A stretch of 64,000 nt of DNA from the human T2T-CHM13v2.0 reference genome, Homo sapiens: the NCBI RefSeq assembly GCF_009914755.1, contig NC_060937.1. The stretch is one strand, 5' to 3'. The position numbers and the translations under genes are program-made. Below the pieces are notes generated by a model. It was not told where the DNA came from. It did not search any database and saw only the letters and a list, made by a program, of their open reading frames with translations. This document shows positions 14,101 through 27,731 of this stretch, in pieces; positions within the stretch are counted from its first letter, which is position 1, and every line of letters starts with the position of its first letter.

Positions 14101-17100
14101 TGGGAGGGAGGGGGTTCAACTTTTTTTTCAATAGTTTTGGGGAACAGATGGTTTTTTGTTACGTGGATAAGTTCTTTTGTGGTAATTTCTGAGATTTCGG
14201 TGCACCTGTCACCTGAGCAGTGTACACTGTACCCAATGTGTAGTCTTTTATCCTTCACCTCCCTCCCCGAATCACCAAAGTCCATTATATTATTCTTATG
14301 CCTTTGCATCCTCATAGCTTAGCTCCCAGTTATGAGTGAGGACATAGGATGTTTGGTTTTCCATTGCTGAGTTACTTCACTTAGAATAATCGTGTCCAAC
14401 TCCATCTAGGTTGCTGTGAATACCATTATTATTTCATTCCTTTTATGGCTAAGTAGTATTCCATGGTGGATATATATCACATTTTCTTTATCCACTTATT
14501 GGTCAATGGGCATTTAGGCTGGTTCCATATTTTTGCAATTGCAAATTATGCTGTTATAAACATGCATGTGTAAGTGCCTTTTTCATATAATGACTTAATT
14601 TCCTCTAGGTAGATACCCAGTAGTGGGATTGCTGGATCAAAAGGTAGTTCTACTTTTAGTTCTTTAAGACATCTCCATACGCTTTTCCATAGCGGTTATA
14701 CTAGTTTACATTCCCAAAAGCAGTGTAAGAGTTTTCCCTTTTCACCACATCCACACCAACTTCTATTATTTTTTGATTTCTTAATTATGGTCATTCTTGC
14801 AGGAGTAAGGTTGTACCTCATTGTGGTTTTAATTTGCATTTCCCTGATAATTAGTGATGTTGAGCATTTTGTCACGTTTGTTGGCCATTTGTATATCTCC
14901 TTTTGAGAATTGTCTATTCATGTCTTTTGCCCACTTTGATGGGGCTATTTGTTTTTTTCTTGCTCATTTGTTTGAGTTCCTTGTAGATTCTGGATATTAG
15001 TCCTCTGTCAGATGCAGAGTTTACAAATATTTTCTCCCACTCTGTGGGTTGTCTGTTTACTCTGCTGGTTATTTATTTTGCTGTGCAGAAGCTTTTTAGT
15101 TTAATTATGTCCCATGTATTTATTTCTGTTTTTGTTGCATTTGCTTTTGGGTTGTTGGTCATTAAGTCTTCACCTAAGCCAACATCTAGAAGAGGTTTAC
15201 TGATGTTATAGTATAGATTTTTATGGTTTTAAGTCTTAGATTTAAGTCTTTGATACATCTTGAGTTGACTTTTTTTATAAGGTGAGCATTCAAAATCCAG
15301 TTTCATCCTTCTGCATGCAGCTTGCCAATTATCCCAGCACCATTTTTTGAATAGGGTGTCCTTTCCCCACTTTATGTTTTTGTTTGCTTTGTTGAAGTTC
15401 AGTTGGCTGTAAGTATTTGGCTGTATTTCCAGGTTCTCTATTCTGTTCCAGTGGTCTGTGTGCCTATTTTTATAACAGTACCATGCTGTTTTGGTAACTA
15501 TAGCCTTGTAGTATAGTTTGAAGTCAGGTAATGTGATGCTTCCAGATTTGTTCTTTCTGCCTAGTCTTGCTTCAGCTATGTGGTGTCTTTTTGGGTTCCA
15601 TATGAATTTTAGGATTTTTTTTCCCAGCTCTGTGAAGAATGATGATGGTACTTTGATGGGAATTACATTGAACCTGTAGATTCCTTTTGGCAGTATGGTC
15701 ATTTCACAGTATTGATTCTACCCATCCATAAGCACAGAGTGTGTTTCCATTTGTCTGTGTTGTCAATGACTTCTTTCAGCAGTTTTGTAATTTTCCTTGT
15801 AGAAATATTTCACCTTCTTGATTAGATATATTTCTAAGTATTTAAAAAAATTTTTTTTGCAGCTGTTGTAAAAGGGATTGAGTTCTTGATTTGTTTCTCA
15901 GATTGGTCATTGTTGGTGTATAGCAATGCTACTGATTTGTATACATTAACTTTGTATCCTAAAACTTCATTGAATTCATTTATCAGATCGAGGAGCTTTT
16001 TAGATGAGTCTTTAGGGTTTTCTAGGTATATGATCATATCATCAGCAAGCAGCAACAGTTTGACTTCCTCTTTACTGATTTGGATGCCCTTTCTTTGTCT
16101 TGCCTGATTGCTCTGGCTAGGACTTTTGGTACTATGTTAACCAAAAGTTGTGAAAGTGGGCATTCTTGTCTTGTTCCAGTTCTTAGGAGGAATGCTTTCA
16201 ACTTTTCCCCATTCAGTATAATATTGCCTGTGGGTTTGTCATAGATGGCTTTTATTACCTTGAGGTATGTCCCTTCTATGCCAATTTTCCTGAGGGTTTT
16301 CATTGTAAAGGGATGAGGGATTTTGTCGAATGCTTTTTCTGCATTTTTCTATTGAGATGATCATATGATTTTTGTTTTTAATTCTGTTTAAGTGATGTAT
16401 CACATTTATTGACTTACATATGTTAAACCATACCTGCATCCCTAGTATGAAATCCACTTGATCATGGTGTATTATCTTTTTGATATGCTGTTGGATTCAG
16501 TTGGCTAGTATTTTGTTGAGGATTTTTACATCTATGTTCATCAGGGATATTGGTCTGTGGTTTTCTTTTTTTGTTGTTGTTATGTCCTTTTCTGGTTTTG
16601 GAATTAGGGTGATACTGGCTTCATAGAATGATTTAGGAAGGATTTCCCCTTTATCTTTCGGAATAGTTTCAGTAAGATTGGTACCAATTATTTGAATGTC
16701 TAATAGAATTTAGCTGTGAATCCATCTGGTCGTGGACTTTTTTTGTTGGCAATTTTTTATTACTGTTTCAATGTCACTACTTGTTTTTGGTCTGTTCACA
16801 GTTTCTATTTCTTCCTGATTTAATCTGGGAGGATTGTATATTTCAAGCAGTATATTCAGGAATAAATCTTTCTCCTCTAGATTTTCTAGTTTGTGTGCAT
16901 AAGGTGTTCATAGTAGACTTGAATGATCTTCTGTATTTCTGTGGTATCATTTGTAATATCTCTCGTTTCATTTCTAATTGAGCTTATTTGGATCTTCTTT
17001 CTTCTTTTCTTTGTTAATCTCACTAATGGTCTATCAATTTTGTTTATCTTTTCAAAAACCACCTTTTTGTTTCATTTATCTTTTGTAATTTTTTGTTTCA

Positions 17101-17874
17101 ATTTCACTTAGTTCTGTTCTGATATTTGTTATTTCTTGTCTTCTGCTGAGTTTGGGTTTGATTTCTTCTTGTCTCTCTAGTTCCTTGAGGTGTGACCTTA
17201 GATTGTCTATTTGTGCTCTTTCAGACTTTTTGATGTAGGCATTTAATGCTATGACCTTTCCTCTTAGCACAGCTTTTGCTGTATCACAGAGGTTTTGATA
17301 AATTCTGTCAATATTATCGTTCAGCTCAAAGAATTTTTAATTTCCATCTTGATTTCACTTTTGACCCAAAGATTATTCAAGAGCAGATTATTGAATTTTC
17401 ATGTATCTGCATAGTTTTGAGGGTTCCTTTTGTAGTTAATTTCCCATTTTATTCCACTGTGGTCTGAGAGGATACTTGATATAATTTCAGTTTTTTTTAA
17501 ATTGACTGAGACTTGTTTTGTGACCTATCGTATGGTCTACTTGGAAAATGTCCCATGTGCTGAAGAAAACAATGTATATTCTGCAGTTGCTTGGTAGAAT
17601 GTCTTGTGAATATCTGTTAATTCCATTTGATGTAGGGTATAGTTTAAGTCCATTGTTTTCTTGTTGACTTTCTGTCATGATGTCCTGTCTAGTGCCGTCA
17701 GTGGAGTATTGAAGTCCCCCAATATTATTGTGTTGCTGTCTATCTCATTTCTTAGGTCTAGTAGTAATTGTTTTATAAATTTGAGAACTTCAGTGTTAGG
17801 TGCATATATATTTAGGATTATGATATTTTCCTGTTAGACTATTCCTTTTATCATGCCCCTCTTTGTCTTTTTTT
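14101..17874 (-). mobile_element. 5'-truncated L1PB-type LINE (about 3.75 kb), ORF2 broken
   Basis: L1PB-type 3' UTR. ORF2 fragments 15229-15702, 15834-16055 (LLADDMI) and 16034-16303. Candidate TSD 14082-14100 and 17875-17893 (16/19 match). Confidence 0.9.
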
Positions 17875-20599
17875 AGACCATCCATATCATCTTACCAATG
17901 ATTTTTAAAGAACAAGAACAAGAAGACCAGAATATATCTGATTGCAACATGCTTAGTCATAATTGCAATAGTCACAATGATCACAATTCTACCTGCAGAG
18001 ATTTTTTTCTTTCATTTGATTTTAGTCTACCATATTTTAAACACAGAGAACCTGTTTTCTATGTGTGAGCCCAAGTGTTAGACTGTTTGTGGCCCACATG
18101 CTCACAGTGTAGTTACCTGATGGACGGGGTAAACCTTCTTCTTAAGGTGAGACAGCCCACAGGCAGGATCACCTCCACAACCACCTTATGCAACTCTGAC
18201 CATGCTCCCAACTCATTCCACAATCTGGCCTTTGGGGTAGGAGTAATACATGATAAAATTTGGAGTTAGGAAGAGGGTAGATAGGAAAATGAGAAGATGA
18301 AAAATGGGTCAGGGCAGGGAGGAGGAAAGAAAAGGGCAGGGGAGGGACCATTCCAGGGAAAATTGTACCTACTCACAATGGGAGGGAAGAAATATTTAAA
18401 TAAGCAATAGCCAAATTTTTCACTGTTGTTTATTCCCTCTCCCAAGTATACATTTATTCACCTGGGCCCAAAATACACAAACTGCTATTTTAGAATAGCC
18501 TATAAAAAGAGTTTTCTGCCAAATTCAAAAACACTGTGCCCATGATCTAGGTTAGACCATGTATCTGTGTATATTGTTTTTATTTTGCCATTTTCAATAA
18601 CACAAGCCCCAAGACATAATATCTTTTGTACTCCTTCAGAAGTGCATTGGCATATTCTGCCTTTCTAATGTGTCTTAAACACTACCAGAAACTAGACGAG
18701 GTTGATTTATTTGAGTCTCTGACTGTGCAAGCTCCAAAGAGTCTTTGATGGAAACAATTTGACTTTGGACTTACGGGGAAACTGACAGGCTCAGTTCCAT
18801 CCACTGGATTGTAAGTTCCTGTAGAGAATTCTCAAATATATTTTTGATCAGCATCTGCTTTGATGTGATCTTTGCAGGAGTAAAGGAAAAGGAATGGAGG
18901 GAGGTTGGGAGGGTAAAAGGGAGAGAGAAAAGGAAGAAGGGAGGGTGTAAGGGAGGTCTTGACAAGAAGGTTGATGGCCCACATTGGAGATGAGAATGAC
19001 GCATGGCCAGCTATGGTTTTGACATCAATCAATAGATTATCATTGGCCCGTTTGTGACAGCTGCTCTATTTACACTGCACCCCCACTCCTTAGCCCACAC
19101 AGGGCCCAGTGTAATGTTCTGAATGGTGGCTCATTATTTAACCACCCTCCAGGCACAGCACTCAATGAGACACTGTTCCAGCTCTCTCAGAGTTTCTCCT
19201 CCAAAGGAAAGAGAAATGAACATTGATACCAGCCCAAAAACACACACAGTTCTATTGAACACACAAATATAAATTCATACACACTCAAATGCTCTCGCTT
19301 TTCTGCCGTCATCTCTACTTTCATTATTGAGCCAGCACTGGAGAATTAGAAAAGGGTCTCCATCCCTCTGGATGGACAAGCCCCACAGCCTTGGGAGTCT
19401 ACACAACTGTTTATGGTGGCCCTATTAATTATAGACATTCTACACATCTAGAATCCAAGAGAAGAGAATTTAGGGTTTATTCTAGATGCTGAAGAGTATG
19501 TATGGTAATATCCTTGGATACCTTTTCTGTTATTTTACAAGAAAAAAAAAAAGGAGGGAGGGCTAGAAACTGAACACTCCTTTGTATTTTTTTAAAAAAA
19601 CATGCTATCGAAGGTTCTCAACGTTAAAAGAATTTTTTGTTAATATTTTAAGTGCCTGTCTAGGCACATGTGTTTGCTAATGGATATTTCTACTTAATCC
19701 AAATGACAGAGTTCTACATACCTCATAAAGAAAAGTCATTCTATTTTGATGCTGTATTTACTAACTCAGAAATCTGACATTTCTGGAGGAGCTGTGCCAA
19801 GTAATTTCATGATGATAAATTTTATAAGACAAAATACTGTTTTCTACACAGCTCAGGTATAATTTAAAAGGAAGATAAACAGTTCCAACATTTAATGGGT
19901 AAACAAATGTGGCAGAATAATTTATTCAGATATTAATTTGTGATTTTTTGGTCTTGCTCCTGCAGGAGTCTGAAAAAATAGAAAAGTATTGTCATTTGCC
20001 CAGGCAAGAATGTGGGCATGTTATGAGTCCAAATTCCTTCTATTATTTACAGTGTCTCATTTTAAGGCCTGAAAGCAAAGCTGCCAAGCAACCCTCAAAG
20101 AGAGAGCTACAGCTCCAGAGAGTAAGTTATCAAGGGCCTATCCTAGAGCAGGGCTGGGTCAGGGGAGGATGGAAGGAGAAGTTCCCCAGGATATCATAAG
20201 GGATGGAGTTGGGGTGAATCTATAAGTGGAAGGGATCCGTTTACCAAATGCTCACAGAATTCCAAGAGGTATAGAGGGACCAGGAATATCTGAAAAAAAG
20301 TAGTCCTCAGGTTTCCCTAAACAGCTTCATATGGACTACCTTGGTCATGAGTAACCAATGTTGAGAAACCAATGTTGCAATCTCACTCCCACTCCCACTG
20401 TTACCCTCAGCCATGAGAATCCGAAACCATTCTTGGTCTAGGTATCACTCCCCAGCGGTATGTTTTGCTAAATAATCTTGGGTTTAATTATAATATTGGC
20501 CACAAATTATTTGCTTTGGCCCATGGGACACAAGTGGAAACTTGAATAGTGCTTGCTTATTTTGATTTCATCATTTCTTGCTGCTTCTGGAACACAGTC

Positions 20600-23250
20600 C
20601 CCCAGTAATCTGGGATAGCTGAGTCATACTGGACAGACATAGCCCTATTGCCCACACCACCAGGGCCAACAACCAGACATGTGAGAGAGGTCTGGGACTG
20701 ACAAACCCCCAGGTGACCCATCCTGCTATGGGCTGAATGTTTGTGTTCCTCCAAAATTCACATGTTGAAACCTAATCTCCAATGTGATTATATCAAAAGA
20801 TGGGGCCTTTAGAGGTGATTAAGTCGTGGGAGCACAGCCTTCGTGAATGGAATCAGTACCCTTATAAATGAGGCCCCACAGAGCTAACAAGCCCCTTCCA
20901 CCATGTGAAGACACAAAAAGAAATTACCATTTATGAGTAACAGGCCCTCAGCAGGCACCACATATGCCAGAGCTCTGACCTTGGACTTCTCAGCCTCCAA
21001 AATTGTGAGAAATAAATTTCTGTTGTTTATAAGCCACCCAGTTTGTGGTATTTTTGTTATAGCAGCCCAAATGAACTAAGACAGAGATTGGTACTGAGGA
21101 GTGGGGGTATTGCTACAACAAATATCCAAAAATGTGGAAGCAGCTTTGGAGCTGGTTAATGGGTAGAGACCGAAAGGATTTTGAAATGTATGCTAGAAAA
21201 AGCCACATTGCCACGAAGATACCTTAAAGGGAGGTTCTGATGAGAGCTCAAAAGAAGAGGAAGATGTAGAGAAAGCCTCAATCTTCTTAGAGAATATCTA
21301 AATATTTATGAGCAAAAAAATTCATAGAAATACGGACAGTAAAGGCCATTCTGATGAGGTCTCAGATGTAAATCGGGAACATAATATTAGAAACTCATAA
21401 TATTGGAAGCTCAGCTTTGTTATATAGTGACAAAGAACTTGGCTGAATTGTGTTTGTGCCCTTGTGTTTCATGGAAGATAGAACTTGTGAATGAAATCAG
21501 ACATTTGGCTGATGAAATATCTAAGCCAAGTATTAAGGAGTAGCATGGCTTCTATTGAGTGCTTATGGTGAAATGCAAGAAGAGAAAAAAAATAAAGTCA
21601 ATTTCATAATCAAAAAGAAAGCAAAACTTAATGATTTGGGAAATCCTCAGTCTATCTCTATGGGGTAAAAGGAGAAAACGTGCTCTGGAGAGAACACTAA
21701 GGTTGTGGCCAGGCAATCTTTTGATAAAGAGATGAGTATGAATTACCCAGGTGATGTTTATCAAAATGATGGAAGTATGACCTCTGGGCATTTTGGAGAT
21801 TATCAGTGCTGCCTTCCATGACCTGCCAAGAGTGACAAAATGTAGGGACCAGCCAAGAGTGACAAAATGTAGGGGACAGAACAATGTCAAAAGAGGGGCC
21901 CTGAGCTTCTACAGAGCCTCACTCAGTGCTTGCTCAAGTTTGCTTGCTTAATGCTTTCACCACCTCAAGTCTCTGCTCCCCAGATTCTGGTGTGATGCTC
22001 TTTGGCAGCCTCAGGTGTGGCTCCAGGAGGCCAAGGTGTGATTCAAGACACAGTGGCTGTCCCTCTAAAGGGCATGGGCAGTAAAACTTGGCAGCCACCA
22101 CACAGTGCCATCTCCATAGATGTGCAGAGTGCATGAGCTGTGGGGACATGGCTGTCTCCACCTAGATTTCAAAGGATGCCCTGAAGAGCCTTTGGGCCCC
22201 ATCAGGGAACCACAACAGAGAGCCCCCAAAAGGGCAATGCCTAGTGGAGCCATGAAAGTAGGGCTACTCATAGCCTTGGATGCTCAACACCTGCCTGGCA
22301 ATGCTGCAGAGTCTGGACCCCTGTCCCACGGGCTGAGAGGCACAACATTGAATCAAAGATGACTTTGGAATCCTAAGCTTTAATGCTATTTGCCTTGTTG
22401 GGTTTTGGACTCACTTGGGACCTGTCATCCCTTCCTTCTTTCCTGTTTCTCCCTTTTGAAATGGGAATGTCTATCCTATGCCTCTCCTACTATTGTATTT
22501 TGGAAGCGAATAACATGTTTGATTTCACAGGTTCACAGCTGGAGAACAATTTGTCTCAGAATGAATAGTACTTTGAGCTTCACCTATATCTGATATAGGT
22601 GACATTTAAATAAGACTTTGGACTTAAATTTTAAAGTTGATGCTAGAACAAGTTGAGACTTTGGGGGCTACTGGAATAGAACGAATGTATTTTGCATGCA
22701 AGAAGGACATTGTTTTAAGTGGTCTAGGAGTGGAATGCTAAAATGTTTGTGTTCCCCAAACTAATATGCTGAAATCTAGTCCCCAGTGCAATAGTATTAA
22801 AAGGTTGGGCATTTAGGGAATAATTAGGTCATGGGGGGGACCTAATGTGTCATGAATGAAATTCATGCCCTTATAAGAGAAGCCTCAGAGAACTCCCTTG
22901 CCCCTTCCACCATGTGAGGATGAAGCAAAAAAGTCTCCATCTATCATCTAGAGAGTGAGACTTCACCAGATGCCATATATGCTGGTGCCTTCATCATGGA
23001 CTTTCCAGCCTCTAAAACTGTAGGAAACAAATTTCTGTTGTTTATAAGTCACCTCGTCTGTGGCATTGCTATAGTCACCTGAACAGATTAAGACACATAC
23101 CCAGGTGACCCAGCTGTACAGCCACATGAGAGAGGTCAGACAAGACCAGTGGAAGAACCATCCTGCTAAACCCAGGCCACACTGACAATCCATGGAATCA
23201 TGAGCTAAGTTAGGGCATGGTCTGTTATGCAGCAATAACTGATTCAGAGT
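20600..23250 (+). mobile_element. Older MLT1 (H/I/J-like) LTR split by the MLT1A provirus
   Basis: 'ccagacatgtgagagagg' before the insertion and 'cagccacatgagag...aagaaccatcctgctaaaccc...gttatgcagcaata' after it. Confidence 0.55.
20724..23095 (+). mobile_element. Complete MaLR provirus, MLT1A/MLT1A0 type (LTR-internal-LTR)
   Basis: LTRs at 20724-21083 and 22736-23095 (tgcta...taagaca). The internal part starts gagattggtac. TSD catcc/catac. Confidence 0.88.
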
Positions 23251-23635
23251 TTTAGCAAGAGAATGGTGTAGGTACCCTTCTACTCCAATAGCATCACATA
23301 ACTCATGCTAAGTCCCTCCTACATTAACTGCTACCACGGGAGCAATGCAAAAGCCCAAGTTCCAAATTAGCCAGGGACCTCTTCTAAGTTAACACCTTTT
23401 TCAAGTCACAACATGCTTTTGAGCACAGGTTTTCCTTCCAGAAAGCCAGGTCAGAGCACGCATCAGTGCTGACACCTTCAGACTCAAAACCACTGTCCTC
23501 TCTTCCTCCCTCCTCACTCTGGCCTGCCTTCATCCCATTGGCCCTATCAATTTCCAAGACTTTCCTGAAAATGGGCCTTGAACAGAACCCATCTGGTCAA
23601 CCACAATAGCTTTACCTTAATTCTGAGTCTTAGGA

Positions 23636-24094
23636 TTTTATGAATTGACATGTGTTCCCCTAATATTTATATGTTGACATCCCAACCTCTTGTACCTCCG
23701 AATGTAGCCTTATTAGGAAATAGGGTCATTGCAAATATAATTAGTTAAGATGAGGTCATACTATAGTAGGTGGGCCCGTAATCCAATATGACTGGTCTCC
23801 CCATAAAAAGGGGAAATGTGGGCACATCAACACAGGAAGAACACCATGTGAAGATAAAAGAGATCAGGGTGACACTCCTATAAGCCAAGGAATGCCAAAG
23901 ATTGCCAGCAAGCCAATAAAAACTAGGTGAGAGGCATGGAACAGATCTTCCATAGCACCTTCAGAGGTAGGATGGCCCTGCCAACACCTTGATATTGGAC
24001 TTCTAGCCTCCAGAATTATAAGACAGTAAGTTTCTTTTGTTTAAGATGCCTAGTTTGTAGTACTTTGTTATAGCAGCCCTAGCAAACTAATACA
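23636..24094 (+). mobile_element. Solo MaLR LTR (MLT1C-like)
   Basis: 'ataagccaaggaatgccaaagattgccagc...ggacttctagcctccagaa...gcagccctagcaaactaataca'. Confidence 0.85.
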
Positions 24095-24539
24095 CAGAAA
24101 GAGGGTTTTAGGGGTCTCAGTTTCTTACCAACCAGGAGATCCCTGAATTATTTATACAAATTACTAGTCTCTTTCCCAGCTCCCTGGTCTGCTAAGTTAT
24201 GTAAAATAAAAGACCCTGTCAAACACTTTCCCCAGGTCAATGCCTATGGACTAGCCGTGCACATAAGTTATTTTTTTAAAGTAATTCTACTAAAGGTCTC
24301 CTATATACAAGGAAATAATGTCATAAATTTTCTCAAATTTTACAGCAACAAATAGATGTCACTTTACATATACTATCAATTTAAGTATATACATTACAAG
24401 TTTGCTTTGTTTAATTACAGATTGTTTGATCCTGGAAACATTGGAGGAACAAATCTTAATGGCATTTAATGATGCCAAATTTGAATGCCTCATTTGATAA
24501 ATCAGAATTTTTCTGAGCAAATTATTTGTTTCAGCATTT

Positions 24540-25150
24540 GCTTATACTATGCACATATGGATATCTGAAATACATCCCTATGAAACAAGAAAAAATATAA
24601 ATGGATTAATTAAGGAGTTGACTCAAGAAGTTAAAAAAAGTAACAAAGTAAGCCAAGGGAAAGTAGAAAAAATAAAAACATTAATACATTAAAAAAGAGA
24701 TCTCATATAATTGATAAGTATACATGAGCTATTATTTTCTTAAGAAAAAATGAAGCTATATTTAGCCTTTTTTTCAATGAGAAAGAAGAAAGAAAAAATA
24801 GTAATGGCAAAGAGAAGAGTACCACAGATACAGAATAAATTAAAGACTTAAGGGTCTTAACTCTGTCTATAGCTCTGTAAATACATTTGAAAATATGAGT
24901 ACAATGAGTACCTCTCTTCTTGAGAAAATTAAAATTACCAAACTTGATATCATAACAGAAATCTTGTCCTCACAGATCTGTATCCTTAAAAGAAATTAAA
25001 ATCTTTTGTCAAATGATCTCTTCCTGACAAAAATGCGTCAGTCCTGAAATTTTCCAATGTGAATTTTCACAATCTTCCAGATTTGAATTCCAATACTATG
25101 TACACTTTTTCAGAGACTACAGGAAGCAGGAACATTGCTGACTCATCTTT
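24540..25150 (+). mobile_element. Very old L1M/L1ME ORF2 fragment
   Basis: Degenerate ORF2-like A-rich sequence (taccacagatacagaataaatt, aaattaccaaacttga). Confidence 0.55.
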
Positions 25151-25164
25151 TAAAGAGCAAAAAT

Positions 25165-25520
25165 AAGACTTTCACTTCTGCCCATAGTGGAGTAATAAAT
25201 AGAAAACAAAGTCACCCTCTCACCTGAACAAAAACAAGAAAAACAAAGCAACAAAATATGTAAAACAATAGCTTTGAAGACACTGGACATCAGGCAATGA
25301 AGGAAGGTGATCCCTGGGAGTTGGGCAGTCAATAAAATGAGCCCTGTGGTCGCCTAGCTTACTTCTGCCAGAGTTTCCAGGCTCTAGCAAGGGGTGACCC
25401 AGGTGGAGAAGGCCATGGACTCCCTGAATTGAGGAGATAATGCTGAGAGCCCAGGGAGACCCAGGCATTTAGATTTTGCAGGAGTGAACAGTGGACTGGA
25501 GGAGTATAGAAGGAAATTGT
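25165..25520 (+). mobile_element. L1M 5'-end fragment
   Basis: 'gactttcacttctgcccatagtggagtaa...gacactggacatcaggcaatgaagga..gtgatccctg' resembles mammalian L1M 5' ends. Confidence 0.55.
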
Positions 25521-25529
25521 ATTGATTTA

Positions 25530-25625
25530 TTTTTTTTTTGAGGTGAGTTCTCACTTTGTCACCCAGGCTGGAGTGCAGTGGCGTGATCATGGCTTACTGC
25601 AGCCTCTACCTCCCAGGCTCAAGCA
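25530..25625 (-). mobile_element. Partial Alu (AluJ/FLAM-like 3' fragment)
   Basis: Poly-T then 'cacccaggctggagtgcagtggcgtgatcatggcttactgcagcct...ctcaagc'. Confidence 0.85.
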
Positions 25626-26572
25626 AAGGTACATTTTTTCCTCTGAATCACCTTTGCACTATTGTTGCAGACAATTGTCCACATATGCATGGATCTATTT
25701 CTGGACTTTCTATTCTATTTCTTTAATATGCCTATCTTTGCACTAATACTACACTGGCTTATTATAATTTTATAACTCTTGAATCAGGTAGTGTTATCCC
25801 CCCATCTTCGTTTTTTGTTAAAGTCATTCTGCCTATTTGGGGTCCCTTGCACTTGTAAAAATTTTAGAATCTGGTTGTATATGTCTACAAAAATTAATGC
25901 TGTGATTTGTTTGGAATTGTGTTGAATCTAGAGATCAATTTAAGAACTGACATCATAGCAACTTTGATTCTTCTGACCTATAAACATATTTATCTGGGTC
26001 TCCTTTGATTTTTCTCAGAACATGTTACAGTTTTCAATGTACAGGCATTACATATCTTTTGTCAGATTTATCCCTAAGTAGTTAACATTTAGGTGCTAAT
26101 TTGTTTTATAGTTCAGTTTTGGATTGTTCATTCCTAGTTTACAGAAATAGAATTAATTTTTAAGTATTGATCTTGTACCATACAACTTTCCTAAACTTAT
26201 TTATTAGTTCTAGTTGCTTTTTGTAGATTCCATCTGATTTTCTATTTAACTGATTATGTCATTTGCAAATAAAGACAGTTTCACAATCTGGGTGCCTTTC
26301 CTTTTTCTTGCCTCATTGTGCTATCGTAGACCTCCAGAATAATGCTGGATAGAAGTGATGAAAGCAGACATTCACCTTTTCCTGACCTTAAGGACAAACT
26401 ATAAGTCTTTCACTATCACAAATGTTAGCTGTTGGTTTTTCTTAGATTTCCTTTATCATGTTGAGGAATCTCCTTTCCATTTCTAGTTTGCTGGAAGTTC
26501 ACATCAGGAATGGGTATTAGATTTCATTAAGTGTTTTTGTACACCTACTGAGATGACCAAAGGGTTTGTCTT

Positions 26573-27077
26573 TGTTGGGAAAGGCAGTCTCCTACGTGTA
26601 GTCTTTTGACCCATACTTGACTGTGTAAGAATGGGCCCTGGGCCTGGAACACTTTCTTACCAAAGTATGAAGAGTCTTCACAGGCTGTGCTGAGCTTGTT
26701 GCCTTGTGTGGGAATATCTTTCCCTATTTCAGACCCAGTGTGTGCTTTTATTTCTGCTTAAGTGTGTGTATCACATGGTACTTGGCTAATCCCACTGTTA
26801 TATCTGTTCTCTGCAGGGAGGGGTCAGGGTCCTTCTGCTGCAGTACAAAAGGCATGTGTGCAGGCCAGCTGCCAGGAGAGACCCACAGGCCATGGAGACT
26901 GACACCAACTACTGAAACTGATCTTGCTCTGTCTCTTCTTGTGTGAATAAAGCATTGTTCCATCCAGTGATTGACTGAATTGAATTTTCTTTGGTGGCTC
27001 CAATACCAAGAGGCAGTGGGCAGAAATGCTCAGACTTCTACTCCTGATAATAGGCAACAGACATCACCTGTTCAACA
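26573..27077 (+). mobile_element. Solo ERV LTR, family unassigned
   Basis: TGTTGGG...CAACA termini, internal AATAAA near 26946, GC-richer block interrupting the L1. TSD not clear. Confidence 0.65.
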
Positions 27078-27731
27078 GATTAATTTTTGTGTTAATATGG
27101 TGAGATACACTGGATGATTTCAAGTGTTAAACCAACCTTGCATTCCTGGTATAAACTCCACTTGCATAAACCCTCTTGTATGTATTGCTGAATTTTATTT
27201 GCTAAAAATTTGTCAGGATTTTTTGCATCTATGTTCCTCAGGACATGGACCTATATTTTTTTTCCTTACAATGTCTTTGCCTGGGTTTTTATATGAGAGT
27301 AATACTGGCCACAAAGAAACCGTTGAGAAGCATCATAATCCTCTTAAATTTTCTGGAAGAAAATTTGTAGAATTTTAATTATTCCTTAAATTGCAGAATT
27401 CACCAGTGAAGTAGCTGGTATGAGAGTTTTCTTTGCTTTAAGGTTTTTAACTACAAATTTAATTTATGTAATAGACAAAAAGCAATTCAGGTTATACATT
27501 TCATCCTAAGTAAGATTTGTTAAGTGTATCCTTAAAGAAATTTGACCATTTCATCCAAGTTGTCAAATTTATTACCATAAAGTTGTTCACAGTATTCTCT
27601 TATTATCCTTTTAATCCCTGTAGAGACTGTGGTGATGTCACCTCTTTCATTTTCTTTTTCCTGATCAGTCTTGCTAGGGGATTATCAACATTATTGATAT
27701 TCCCAGAGAACTAACTTTTGGTTTCAGTGAT

